DNA of 64,000 nucleotides from Candidatus Aenigmatarchaeota archaeon (GTDB taxonomy: Archaea; Aenigmatarchaeota; Aenigmatarchaeia; QMZP01): positions 1,490 to 65,489 of the forward strand of contig JADHWJ010000003.1 of NCBI GenBank assembly GCA_016783545.1, given 5' to 3'. A program made the position numbers and the translations under genes. The notes under the pieces are model-generated. The model had not been told where the DNA came from. It made no database searches and saw only the letters and a program-made list of their open reading frames with translations. Below are positions 49,749 to 59,608 of this stretch, one piece after another (within the stretch, counting starts at the first letter, position 1; the number at the start of each line of letters is the position of its first letter).

Positions 49749-50216
49749 ATGATTCTTTTTCATGCAGGGATATCAATAATTGTTGGTATTACAGCTGCCA
49801 TAATAGCATATGCGATTTATAGAAAAGCATCAGTCTCTTTATGGGCATATCTTGCTGGATTTCTTCTTGACCTACCTATTTTCATTCTCATACCGTTCAA
49901 AGTTTCAAATTTGGACAATCTGCTTTTATTCAGCCATACAGCAGGCATATTTATCTGGCCAGTTATTTTGGTTATTCTGGATATTTTCCTCATAGAGGCT
50001 CAGTTATTGAAATATATAGTCGCTCTTTTGAAACTCATTCATTTGGGAATCTCAAACAAGAGTGTAAAAAGATTGGAAAAGATAGATGGACTTTTGGAAA
50101 GGCTTGAAGAATACCACATTATTCCAGCACCAATAAGGCTTAGCAGAGTTTACATTGTCGGTGTCATGGCAGGGGTAGTTCATCTGGTAATTAATCTTGC
50201 TATAGGTGTGCTTTAA
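49749..50216 (+). CDS. Hypothetical membrane protein
   Basis: Several TM helices, LLDLP and FSHT motifs. Confidence 0.7.
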   Translation: MILFHAGISIIVGITAAIIAYAIYRKASVSLWAYLAGFLLDLPIFILIPFKVSNLDNLLLFSHTAGIFIWPVILVILDIFLIEAQLLKYIVALLKLIHLGISNKSVKRLEKIDGLLERLEEYHIIPAPIRLSRVYIVGVMAGVVHLVINLAIGVL

Positions 50217-50219
50217 ACA

Positions 50220-52037
50220 CTATCTAAATTTTATTCTAAAACCGAAAAATAGAAAAATAGCGACAATGAGAATTATAATAGAACTGGAAATGACAGGATT
50301 TTCTGCAATTTTTATTATTTCGCCTGTCATGTCAATAGGTGTGTCTGTGATATTGAGTGTTGTGTTTATTGGCATGATTACAGGAACTTGCCTTGGTTCC
50401 TCTTCTATGCATACATCTTCAGAGCATCTGTATTCACATGTTTTTTCTTTAATCCAATCAGTTCCTTCATAACACATCATTAAGTCATTTTCAAGACAGA
50501 CTCTAGAAGTTGGATAACATATTAGTTCAGTTAGATTCTCAGTTATGTTCTTGGTTTTGTTCTCAGTTATGTTCTTGGTTTTGTTTTCTATGCGAAGAAA
50601 GACTGTTCCCCCGCCAGAGGAACAGGCACCGCAATCAGTCGAACAGGAAGAACATCCTTCTCCGTTGTTACAAGAGCCATCACCGCAATAAGTAGCTAGG
50701 TTTCCAAACACACCAAAGAAACTAAGATGTGTTGAATTTGTTTCTACATAATTAGCTGTTTCATTGACAATTGTATTCATCTCCTCCCAGAAGGTTTCGT
50801 TGTAGAAATATATCTTAATACCACTTTCATCAATTCCTGATATTTCAGCATCTGTATAATATATTCTTATAAGAACCCAGCTCAGATTATTCGATGTTTC
50901 GTTATTGGTTTCTATTTCAATATATTTCAAACCGTTTAGACCTGATATATTTTCAAGTGGATTCTGGTCATATTTTAAAACAGTTAAATAAGATGTAAGG
51001 TTTTCTTTAACAGAAATGTTAAGAGTGGTATTAGTGCTATTTTTAGCATCTAAAAAAGAACTTTGATTTTCTACCAATCTAATTGAATCATTGGCAAACA
51101 CACTATCTGCTTTTTCAGATACCACAAAAGCTTTTGTCCTATTTACAGAATTACCAAACATATCAGAAGCAAACGCAAAGATATAAAATGTTCCATTATT
51201 GGTTGCATTCCAATTTCCAGAGAAAACAGAGTTGTTCTCTTTCAAAGGAACTTCAGTAATTGTTTCTGTTTCATTTTTTATTACAACACTTACAGATGTT
51301 TTATTAAGAAAGCTCTCATTCGCATATATGATTATTGTCATGTTCTGCCCCGGTCTTGCTAGATTTGTTGCAGTGATTTCTATCTCTGGTGAAATTGTAT
51401 CGTTTACTGTGCAATTTATAGTTCCAGAAGATAGCAGGTTCCCGGAAGTATCAGAAACAGAACCTGTGATTGTTATATTTGTATTATTTATCTCAATATC
51501 ATCCTCTAAGAATAAAGTCACGCTATTTCCTGAAGCATTTAGACTGGTTATATTATATTTTGTACTGAAATCTGAGATATTAAAACTTGAATTATCCAAT
51601 AACTCACTGAATATTAATACTAATGTTCTGAAATCTGAAGCTAAGCAGGAATCCATGATTGGGGATATTCCATCCATTGGTGTTATGTTCTGATCAAGGG
51701 CTTTATCACCACTGGAGTTTTTCACACCACCATACCATGTTGAATTATAGTAAACGGTTAGAGTTTCATTTGTTTTTAGAGAATAATTTAATGTAAGTGT
51801 AACTATATTGCCTTTTGTAGAAGCTGATAAGATATTAAATGATTTTGAATTGTTTCCAACACCAAAATCATTTTTTTGTACAGCTGTTAGATTCTCAGTC
51901 CAATTCAGAATTATTTTATCTGTCACCGTACTGTTACCTGATAAGGAACCTGTTATTGCAAAATTAATATATGGCAAAGCAGAAACAGTTTGCATCAGTA
52001 AGAAAATAATGATAACAAAGATCATTACTCTATGCAT
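50220..52037 (-). CDS. Secreted Ig-like/S-layer-type glycoprotein with C-terminal anchor
   Basis: Signal peptide, many sequons, THLSFFG, CGDGSC..E.CSSC..DCG, C-terminal TM. Confidence 0.8.
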   Translation of the reverse strand: MHRVMIFVIIIFLLMQTVSALPYINFAITGSLSGNSTVTDKIILNWTENLTAVQKNDFGVGNNSKSFNILSASTKGNIVTLTLNYSLKTNETLTVYYNSTWYGGVKNSSGDKALDQNITPMDGISPIMDSCLASDFRTLVLIFSELLDNSSFNISDFSTKYNITSLNASGNSVTLFLEDDIEINNTNITITGSVSDTSGNLLSSGTINCTVNDTISPEIEITATNLARPGQNMTIIIYANESFLNKTSVSVVIKNETETITEVPLKENNSVFSGNWNATNNGTFYIFAFASDMFGNSVNRTKAFVVSEKADSVFANDSIRLVENQSSFLDAKNSTNTTLNISVKENLTSYLTVLKYDQNPLENISGLNGLKYIEIETNNETSNNLSWVLIRIYYTDAEISGIDESGIKIYFYNETFWEEMNTIVNETANYVETNSTHLSFFGVFGNLATYCGDGSCNNGEGCSSCSTDCGACSSGGGTVFLRIENKTKNITENKTKNITENLTELICYPTSRVCLENDLMMCYEGTDWIKEKTCEYRCSEDVCIEEEPRQVPVIMPINTTLNITDTPIDMTGEIIKIAENPVISSSIIILIVAIFLFFGFRIKFR

Positions 52038-52100
52038 AATTCAGATTTGGGAATAAGCTTTATTAGCGTTTGCTTGTTTCATTTCAGGGGTTTTTGACGT

Positions 52101-52142
52101 TGAGGACTTTTTGATGGAAGCGGAAGCTCCAAAAAGTCTTCA
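52101..52142. other. Intergenic inverted repeat between divergent genes
   Basis: TGAGGACTTTTTG...CAAAAAGTCTTCA. Confidence 0.6.
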
Positions 52143-52177
52143 TTTCATTTAAATTATTTTCTTTCAATTCTATACCA

Positions 52178-52321
52178 ATGAAACCGGTTCAAGTGAGATT
52201 AACAGAGAAGATTCTTGGAGAACTCGATAGACTAGTAAAGGAAGGCAGCTATCCAAACCGTTCAGAAGCTCTGAGAGATGCTGCAAGAAGAATGTTAATG
52301 GAATTAAGAAAATCGCTTTAA
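52178..52321 (+). CDS. Ribbon-helix-helix (CopG) protein, 47 aa (not in ORF track)
   Basis: MKPVQVRLTEKILGELDRLVKEGSYPNRSEALRDAARR. Confidence 0.85.
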   Translation: MKPVQVRLTEKILGELDRLVKEGSYPNRSEALRDAARRMLMELRKSL

Positions 52322-53131
52322 TTTTTCAATATCAGCCCATGAATCCCTGATATCACCATCTCTTTCAGGTGCATGGGTAATTTCTGAATTGCTTTTGTTT
52401 TCTTTTATTATTCTCTCTGCTAGTTCATTTATTTTTGTTGGTTTTCCTGTTCCAATGTTAAATGTTCCAGAATTGCCCATAAGCTTTATTGCAAGCTCTG
52501 CCACACGCTCGGCTGGTATGAAATCTCTTGTCTGATTACCATCACCATATATTACAAGATTTTCACCTTTCTTTGCTCTTTCTGTAAAAATGGATATAAC
52601 CCCAGAATAAGGGGAATTAGGGTCCTGTCTTGGACCATAGATATTGAAAGGCCTAACTATTGTAACAGTCATATTTTCATAAAGCCTGCAATAACCTTCT
52701 GCTGCCAGCTTGCTTGCGCCATACGGGCTTATTGGAACTGTAGGGTCGGTTTCACTTATTGGGACTTTTTTTGGGTTCCCATAAACTGCCGCAGAACTAA
52801 AATAAATAAAGTTCTTTGCGCCTGCTTTTTTTGCTGCCTCAAGCATGTTAATTGTACCTAATACATTTATTCTTGAATCTTCAGCTGGATTTTCAGTTGA
52901 TTTTTGCACAGATACCTGTGCCGCAAGATGGAACACGGTCTCGCATCCGGAAACTGCTTTTATACAATCTTCTGTTTTACATATGTCCCCTGACACAAGT
53001 TCTGCTTTGGGGCTTAAATTATTCCCATTGCTTAGGTTATCAAGAATTACCACATCGTTTCCAAGATCTATTAGTTTATCTGTTATATACGAACCAACAA
53101 ATCCTGCACCACCTGTTACTAAAATCTTCAT
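52304..53131 (-). CDS. NAD-dependent epimerase/dehydratase
   Basis: TGGAGFVG, SSAAVYG, YGASK, FNIYGPRQ. Confidence 0.93.
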   Translation of the reverse strand: MKILVTGGAGFVGSYITDKLIDLGNDVVILDNLSNGNNLSPKAELVSGDICKTEDCIKAVSGCETVFHLAAQVSVQKSTENPAEDSRINVLGTINMLEAAKKAGAKNFIYFSSAAVYGNPKKVPISETDPTVPISPYGASKLAAEGYCRLYENMTVTIVRPFNIYGPRQDPNSPYSGVISIFTERAKKGENLVIYGDGNQTRDFIPAERVAELAIKLMGNSGTFNIGTGKPTKINELAERIIKENKSNSEITHAPERDGDIRDSWADIEKLKRFS

Positions 53132-53169
53132 ATAAACTCCATTATAGAAAAAGGTTGTATACACTATAT

Positions 53170-53538
53170 TTAAGCTTTAGAAATATACTTTCCCTGTCTT
53201 AATGTGATTATTCTTATATCATTTACCTTTAGTTTTCTTATCAGCCCTTTATCCTGAGTAAAAACTAGATATTCGTTTCCTATTCGCACTATCTCATCAT
53301 CAGCTGATTCTCCGCCAGATCTTATTATCACTACATCATTTCTTTTTAGAAGTTCTAATCCTAACTTTGCATATCCACTATCTTTTCCAGAGGTTTTTGT
53401 AATTTTTTTAAGTTCTGTTACAACAAGATCCAATGTGTATAGCTCTAGCTTTCCAAATTCTTCCCTAAGTTGCTCAAATATATCCACTTTGAATTTTCCT
53501 GGTATCAGAAAGCTATTTGTATCTAAAAGTATTTTCAT
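53170..53538 (-). CDS. PIN-domain protein (Fcf1/Utp24-like)
   Basis: ILLDTNSFL, ADDEIV, FTQDK.L. Confidence 0.85.
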   Translation of the reverse strand: MKILLDTNSFLIPGKFKVDIFEQLREEFGKLELYTLDLVVTELKKITKTSGKDSGYAKLGLELLKRNDVVIIRSGGESADDEIVRIGNEYLVFTQDKGLIRKLKVNDIRIITLRQGKYISKA

Positions 53539-53583
53539 ACTATATATTTTCCTTTATATAGTAAATAAAAGAATGAACCAATC

Positions 53584-53850
53584 TTATAGATTAAACAATA
53601 ATACCCAGACAACTACCCAAATTAGAATATAAATGAAACCACCATTTCCAAACCACCACTTAATACCTTTTTTTTCACCAACTATTCTTTCTGTGATAAA
53701 ACCTATTACAATGAGCAAGACAAATCCTATTATTATGGAATAAAGGCTTCTATACATTGAAGCTATTATTAGTGATAAATAACCCATTGCTATTGCTGCA
53801 ACTGCATGAATACTTATAGCAACTCGTTGAGGTTTTAGATCTTCATCCAT
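53584..53850 (-). CDS. Small archaeal membrane protein (EMC6-like/DUF5379-like)
   Basis: Three TM helices, KWWFGNG..IYILIW. Confidence 0.65.
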   Translation of the reverse strand: MDEDLKPQRVAISIHAVAAIAMGYLSLIIASMYRSLYSIIIGFVLLIVIGFITERIVGEKKGIKWWFGNGGFIYILIWVVVWVLLFNL

Positions 53851-53920
53851 AGAATCTTTTTATTGGTCGCATTTATTTAAAAAGCTTCACCAAAAAACCT
53901 CCAGTATATTCTAAACATAA

Positions 53921-54010
53921 CTATTTCTTCCTATACCTCATTTTTTTCCTTCTTTTCTTTAGCTTATGAGACTTCATCTTCTTCTTTTTTCGTTTTTTCC
54001 CTGACGGCAT
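53921..54010 (-). CDS. bS22/AURKAIP1-COX24-like basic ribosomal peptide, 29 aa (not in ORF track)
   Basis: MPSGKKRKKKKMKSHKLKKRRKKMRYRKK. Confidence 0.75.
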   Translation of the reverse strand: MPSGKKRKKKKMKSHKLKKRRKKMRYRKK

Positions 54011-54106
54011 GAGTATCAATTATTATATTGTTAGAATGGTTTAAATAATAAGATGCATTACGCATCCATTACATAACTTTAAATTAGTTTTAAATAAATA
54101 AAGTCT

Positions 54107-54826
54107 ATGGGAGATATTATAGAATTTGACAAAACCATAGTTCCTGCATGTGATGTTGAAACTTTGGAACAGCTTAAAAGAGTTGTTTATGCTACAAGAG
54201 AATTTCCTGGAGTTGTAGCATATAAACTAGGATTTGTCATGGGATATAGTTTTGGTTTGCCAGCCGCAGTAGGCACCATAAAAGATGCATATTCTGAAGC
54301 TGTAGTTATTTTTGATCATCAAAAAGCCTGCACTGATGTTCCGTTTACAGGGGAGAAATTCGCAAAATTAATGGATGATTGTGAGGTTGATGCAGCTATA
54401 TTATTTCCAAGGGAAAATGATGCAGTGACACAGTATGCATGGACAGATGAACTTCTTGAAAGAAAAATTGGGGTTATTGTTGGTGGTGAGCTAACTTCTA
54501 GACCAGCTACTCCTGATATAGAAAGAATATATGATAATGCTGTTCTTCAAGGTGTAACTAACTTTGTGGTTCCTGGCAACAAACCAGAAAGGGTTGAACA
54601 CTATAGAAAAAGATTTGAAGATTTTGGAATTGAGGCTGATTTATTTGCACCAGGGTTTGTCTCACAGGGTGGTGACATTTCTGAGGCCGGTCAGGTTGCA
54701 GGTGAAAGATGGCATGCCATCTGTGGCAGAGCTGTGTATAATCCTAATAAGAAAAATTTGGATGATGTCACAGAAGAAGAAATAAATGAAAGTGTAGCAC
54801 AGCTTGTAAGTAGTTTAGGTGATTAG
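54107..54826 (+). CDS. pyrF: Orotidine 5'-phosphate decarboxylase
   Basis: PACD, YKLG, IFDHQKACTDVP, APGFVSQGG, ICGRAVY. Confidence 0.9.
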   Translation: MGDIIEFDKTIVPACDVETLEQLKRVVYATREFPGVVAYKLGFVMGYSFGLPAAVGTIKDAYSEAVVIFDHQKACTDVPFTGEKFAKLMDDCEVDAAILFPRENDAVTQYAWTDELLERKIGVIVGGELTSRPATPDIERIYDNAVLQGVTNFVVPGNKPERVEHYRKRFEDFGIEADLFAPGFVSQGGDISEAGQVAGERWHAICGRAVYNPNKKNLDDVTEEEINESVAQLVSSLGD

Positions 54827-55555
54827 ATGTTTGATCAAGACGCATACCATGATTTTGTATTGGATTATAAGAGTCCTGAAGGGAAGGGTGTTGTGGGATT
54901 TTTTCCAGAGAAAAGAAAACTAGCATCAGGAAGGGAATCTGGATGGTATTGGAACGGTAGAGTACTCTTAGCTTATGAAAGGCCACTACTAAAACTTGCA
55001 GATTTTGTTTTAAGTTATTGTCAAGGGAATGGTATAATGCCTGATTATTTCTTGAATGTCCCTGAAGGAGTTAACATGCTAACAAATCATCTAAATATTG
55101 AACTTGGTGGCAGACAAGTGATGGTAAGAGCTAATCCAAAAACACATGGAGATCCTATGGATGCTCAATTTATTGGTCCTGCAGAAAAAGGTGACAAAGT
55201 TGTAATTGTAGAAGATGTTACAACAACAGGTGGTTCACTTATGGGAACATTAACAAGATGTCTGGATGCTAATTTAGATGTCATTGCAACACTCTGCGAA
55301 TGCAATAGAATGGAATGTGCTGCAGAGGGTAAAGGTGAAGAAAGAGTGGATTTTGATTTCAGTGTTGCTGAATACGTTTCACGGGCAAGACATAGAGGAG
55401 TGCAGCACCATGCTCTTACAGATGCTGAAAAAATAGTTCCTGCTGCTTTTGAACTATGGACCCCAGAAGAAGATGGTTTGAAAGAAGAAATTGCACAAGT
55501 TTTGAAAGAAGAATATGAAGACCATGGAATTATCCCAATGGAATTGGAAGTTTAA
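54827..55555 (+). CDS. pyrE: Orotate phosphoribosyltransferase
   Basis: LASGRES.WY, KTHG, VVIVEDVTTTGGS. Confidence 0.88.
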   Translation: MFDQDAYHDFVLDYKSPEGKGVVGFFPEKRKLASGRESGWYWNGRVLLAYERPLLKLADFVLSYCQGNGIMPDYFLNVPEGVNMLTNHLNIELGGRQVMVRANPKTHGDPMDAQFIGPAEKGDKVVIVEDVTTTGGSLMGTLTRCLDANLDVIATLCECNRMECAAEGKGEERVDFDFSVAEYVSRARHRGVQHHALTDAEKIVPAAFELWTPEEDGLKEEIAQVLKEEYEDHGIIPMELEV

Positions 55556-55591
55556 CCAATCCAAATAAAAAACTTACTATTAATTTTACTT

Positions 55592-56701
55592 ATGATAGAT
55601 CCTCATGTTCATACAAGAGACAGAGACCAATCATATAAAGAAACAATAGAACATGGCCTTAATGTTGCTTATAGAGCTGGACTTTCTGGCATATATGCCA
55701 TGCCAAATACATCACCTCCTGTAGCAGAAGAGGGAGATGTTCAAGAAGTTCTAGGTATTGCAAAAGCTGCTAACAGCAGAGTTTTTTATGGTGCGTTTAT
55801 CGGAGTGACGCCTGATACTGAACAGGTGAAAAGAGCCACTGCTTCTCATAGAAGGCACTTCATACCAGAAGTTGAGCAAGGATCATGGAGACAGGTAGGA
55901 ACTGTTGGCTTGAAAATGTTTGCAGGTCGGTCTGTTGGCGACCTTACTGTAGCAGAGGAAGACCAGCAAAAAGCTGTATACAGAACGCTGGCTAAAGAGG
56001 GTTTTGAAGGTGCTTTAGTAGTTCATTGTGAAAAAGAGGAATATATAAACTCAAGAAAATGGAATCCTGATCATCCAAGAACACACCCACTCGCCAGGCC
56101 AATGATAGCAGAAATAAATTCTATCGAAAACCAGATAGCTTTTGCAAAAGAAGCTGGTTATACTGGAGTATTACATATAGCGCATGTATCAGCCCCAACA
56201 TCTGTTACTGTAATTGAATCTGCAAAGGATGCTGGTATGAATATAACATGCGAACTGACATCTCACCATTGCATTCTTAGTACAAAGTCAATACCAAATG
56301 ACAGAAGTGGTCTTATCTATAAGGTAAATCCGCCTATAAGAAACCAATTAGCGCAAAAAAATATGATTGGTCTCCTCAGATCAGGGGCAATTGATTGTGT
56401 AGCATCTGATCATGCTCCGCACATTATGGATGAAAAAACAGGAGTTGCTAAAAACGCTGAAGGAGAGCCGCTTTATATGTCTGGTTTTCCTGGTCTGCCG
56501 AACTGGCCTCATTTCAAAAGATATCTAGAATTAAATGGTTTTTCAGAAGTAGATATTCAAAGGGTAACTCATGATAACGTGGAAAGAATTTTTGGAATCA
56601 GAATTCCACCAATAGAATTCTCAGAAGAGCCTGATCTTGATCTTCATGGTGAATATCCAGTAGATGTCTGGGCAGATTTTAGGGAGGGTCTGTATGCCTA
56701 A
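55592..56701 (+). CDS. pyrC: Dihydroorotase
   Basis: IDPHVHTR, MPNTSPP, HCE, KVNPPIR, ASDHAPH. Confidence 0.93.
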   Translation: MIDPHVHTRDRDQSYKETIEHGLNVAYRAGLSGIYAMPNTSPPVAEEGDVQEVLGIAKAANSRVFYGAFIGVTPDTEQVKRATASHRRHFIPEVEQGSWRQVGTVGLKMFAGRSVGDLTVAEEDQQKAVYRTLAKEGFEGALVVHCEKEEYINSRKWNPDHPRTHPLARPMIAEINSIENQIAFAKEAGYTGVLHIAHVSAPTSVTVIESAKDAGMNITCELTSHHCILSTKSIPNDRSGLIYKVNPPIRNQLAQKNMIGLLRSGAIDCVASDHAPHIMDEKTGVAKNAEGEPLYMSGFPGLPNWPHFKRYLELNGFSEVDIQRVTHDNVERIFGIRIPPIEFSEEPDLDLHGEYPVDVWADFREGLYA

Positions 56702-58357
56702 TTTTTTTGGTAAAGAAATATCAGGAAGCTTTACAATTCCTTCTGGAATTATAACAACAAATAGATATACAATGGGTAGGATTGCCAGGGATGTCCCTCA
56801 AGTTGGTGTAGTTATAACAAAAAGCACAAGAAAGAACCAAAGGAAGGTTATAGGGAACCAATACTTCATTGTGTTGTACCAGGAAGACCTGGAACATTTG
56901 GAAATGCTGTTGGTTTAAGAACCAAAGGTGTGGATGCTATTGTAGAAGATCTTGCTGAATTCAATTATCACGATAGATCTTTATTGGCTTCTATTTTTGC
57001 TGATACGCCTGAAGAAATGGCCTATGTTGCTGGGAGGCTTGAACCTTTTGCAGATGCTGCTGAATTGAATTTTTCATGTAGACACTCACCTGGACATGGA
57101 GCAACACATGGATCTCAAGCACATACCCCTACATCAATTGGGGAATTTACCAGAGCTGTAAAAAGCAGGTTTGGAAAACCAGTTATACCAAAATTTAGTC
57201 CAAATGATTCAAACGAAGAACTAAAAGCGAAAATAAGGGCTGCTATAGATGCAGGAGCAGACGGGATATCATTGATAAATACAATGGGCCCTGAGGTTTT
57301 TGAGATTGATGGTCACCCTGCTCTTACAAGTGATGTTGGTGGTAGTCTATCTGGTGATGGTATAAGAGAAAGAGGATTTGAATGCACAAAAATAGCTAGG
57401 GAAGAAGTTGGTCCTGACGTTCCTCTTATAGTAACGGGTGGTCTATCAACTGCTGAACATATAAGAAAATCCAGAGCACTTGGTGCAACCCTTAATGGGA
57501 TAGGAACAGCTCTTGCAGGAATGAGTACATCAATATTAGCTAAATATTTTACTGCACTAGATTTTGATCTAGAAAATGGTACTAATACAGCAGAACAATA
57601 TCTAGTTTTTAACAGATCCGGGCATAAAAAATTCAGAGTTAAGGAAAATTATAAGTATACTGATGACCTAAGCATGCTTGTTCTTGATGATGGTTTTGAG
57701 ATAGAACCAGGTCAATTTGTATTCACATGGCTTCCAAAAGATATGTATAGAGAAGGGGATGGCGAGAAGCCATACAGCCTTTATGATAATGATCCAGCAA
57801 CATTAGTTGTACAAAGAAGGGGAAAACTTTCAAATGTTCTTGCAAATCTTCGGCCAGGAGAAGAATTATATCTGAGGGGTCCTTGTGGAAATCCTGTAGA
57901 TCTAGATATAGAAAAAGCTATTTTAGTTGGAGGTGGAACAGGAATAGCTTCTCTTCGTTCAATAGCAAGAGCTCTAGATGAAAGAGGTGTACCAACAACA
58001 AGTTTTCTTGGTGCAGTGGATCGTGATCACATATCATTTGCTGAAGAATCTTATAATTCAGGAGATGTTCGGTTTGCGACTAATGATGGTAGCTTTGGAA
58101 GGCATGGAAATATCACAGCATATCTTTTAGATAAGATAGGAACATTAAACCTGGAACACGGTGTATTCTTTAACTGCGGACCTTCTCAGATGATAAGAAG
58201 TGCAGAGATATTTGAAGGGCGTTACGTGGGTTCGGAGAGTATGTTTTCATCAGAAGAACAAGAGACAAGCTGCGGTTATGGTCTTTGTGCTAGATGTGCA
58301 AGAGAGGATGGACTCAGAAGTTGTGTTGATGGATATTTTATGAATCCTATTTGTTGA
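56694..58357 (+). pseudogene. pyrD: Fused dihydroorotate dehydrogenase B (PyrD) - electron transfer subunit (PyrK), with a -1 frameshift near 56830
   Basis: Frame 1 ends ..VITKST; the next frame continues KEPKEGYREP..NAVGL, ELNFSC, INT, GSLSG, then PGQF, RGPCG, GGGTG, CGP, CGYGLCARC. Confidence 0.85.
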
Positions 58358-58562
58358 ATTTTTTGTAGGCAAGCTTTACATCAGAATCCAGTATTGTTCT
58401 TCTTCCTGCATGCCTTGCTAATTCCTCAGCATCAGCTGCAAGTTCTTTTGATATTTCTCCAACTGCTAAAGTGAACTCTTTTGTTGCTCCTTCAGACACT
58501 CTGATATTATTACTTGTTTCTTTCAATATTCTCTCAAATGTTGCCAATGGTATTTTAGCCAT
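58347..58562 (-). CDS. Archaeal histone
   Basis: IPLATFERILK..RVSEGA...ARHAGRRTI..SDV. Confidence 0.93.
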   Translation of the reverse strand: MAKIPLATFERILKETSNNIRVSEGATKEFTLAVGEISKELAADAEELARHAGRRTILDSDVKLAYKKFNK

Positions 58563-58784
58563 AAAATCACCTATTTTCCTTTTTGAATTCTTCCTTATTA
58601 ATTCATTTAACTTTTAACCGTTTAAAAGGTTTTTTATCATTAAAGGTTAGAGGAAAGGTATTTAAATGTTTCTATAGTCCAAATTAACCCATTTTTGTGT
58701 CGATTTGCTCTGAAAAACATATATAAATCAAAAAACTAATTTAATTATATTCTCTTCTAAGGGAGTGTTTATAGGAGGTTTAAT

Positions 58785-58925
58785 ATGACTCAAGGATATT
58801 GCGTTAAATGCAAGGCAAAACAGGAAATGAAAGATGCAAAAGCCGTTACACTAAAAAACGGAAGAAAAGCAACAAAAGGTGAATGTCCAAAATGCGGCAC
58901 AAAAATGTTTAGAATTGGTGGTTAA
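58785..58925 (+). CDS. DUF5679-like small zinc-ribbon protein, 46 aa (not in ORF track)
   Basis: MTQGYCVKCK...KNGRKATKGECPKCGTKMFRIG; AGGAGG SD. Confidence 0.85.
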   Translation: MTQGYCVKCKAKQEMKDAKAVTLKNGRKATKGECPKCGTKMFRIGG

Positions 58926-59103
58926 TAATATTCCACCCTTTCAATTTATTTGGTGAAAGCACTTTGTTCTTTTAGTTATGTTTTTATTCTTTTATGAAAT
59001 GTCCGTTTTTACGAAAATCAGAGCCCGGAATTCTTCTGCTTTATTTGTTTTCTGGTATTATCATCAATCCAGTCCTTGTATATTGGTAGAATAATATTTT
59101 CCT

Positions 59104-59330
59104 TTATTTCTTCTTTTTCTTACCTCTTCCGAAAAAACTCAGATCTTCATGGTCTACAACCAGTTCTGAAAATGCTGCAAATGGTATTGCTATCAGAATG
59201 ACAATCCCTATAACACTCCAAGTAATCATCTCTCCTGTGGAAACAACAATTGTATAAGGTCCTCTGTGATACCCATTACAAGGCCTATTATAAGAAACTC
59301 TAATAATCTATGCAGATGTTTTCTTTTCAT
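59104..59330 (-). pseudogene. Small membrane protein gene with 1-nt deletion near 59253
   Basis: MKRKHLHRLLEFLIIGLVMGITEDLI / IVVSTGE..IAIPFAAFSELVVD in adjacent frames; span 227 nt = 3n-1. Confidence 0.65.
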
Positions 59331-59608
59331 TGGTATAGTATTGGTCTAGATGGGATAAAAGCTTAATTCAATAATTGTTTCACAAAACCAACCGACTTCT
59401 CAACATCCCTACTTTCAAGTAGGGGTTTTATTTCTGAAAATCTAAATCATAATCACCATACTAAACCACATCCAATTCCCAGAAACTCAAATTTCCGAAA
59501 ACATTTCCAGAATCAAACATTCTTTACATACCGATTTAAAGCTCTCTACGAAGGTTTCCGGAAATCCGCTCCCATTAACAATATAAATGATCTACCCAAC
59601 CTTCAAAT

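Noticed and set aside
50526-50585. 24-bp tandem repeat (TKNITENK x2)
   Set aside because: Ordinary low-complexity linker expansion in a surface protein
52074-52090. TTGTTTCATTTCAGGGG as another motif copy or ORB
   Set aside because: Needs gaps to align with either consensus
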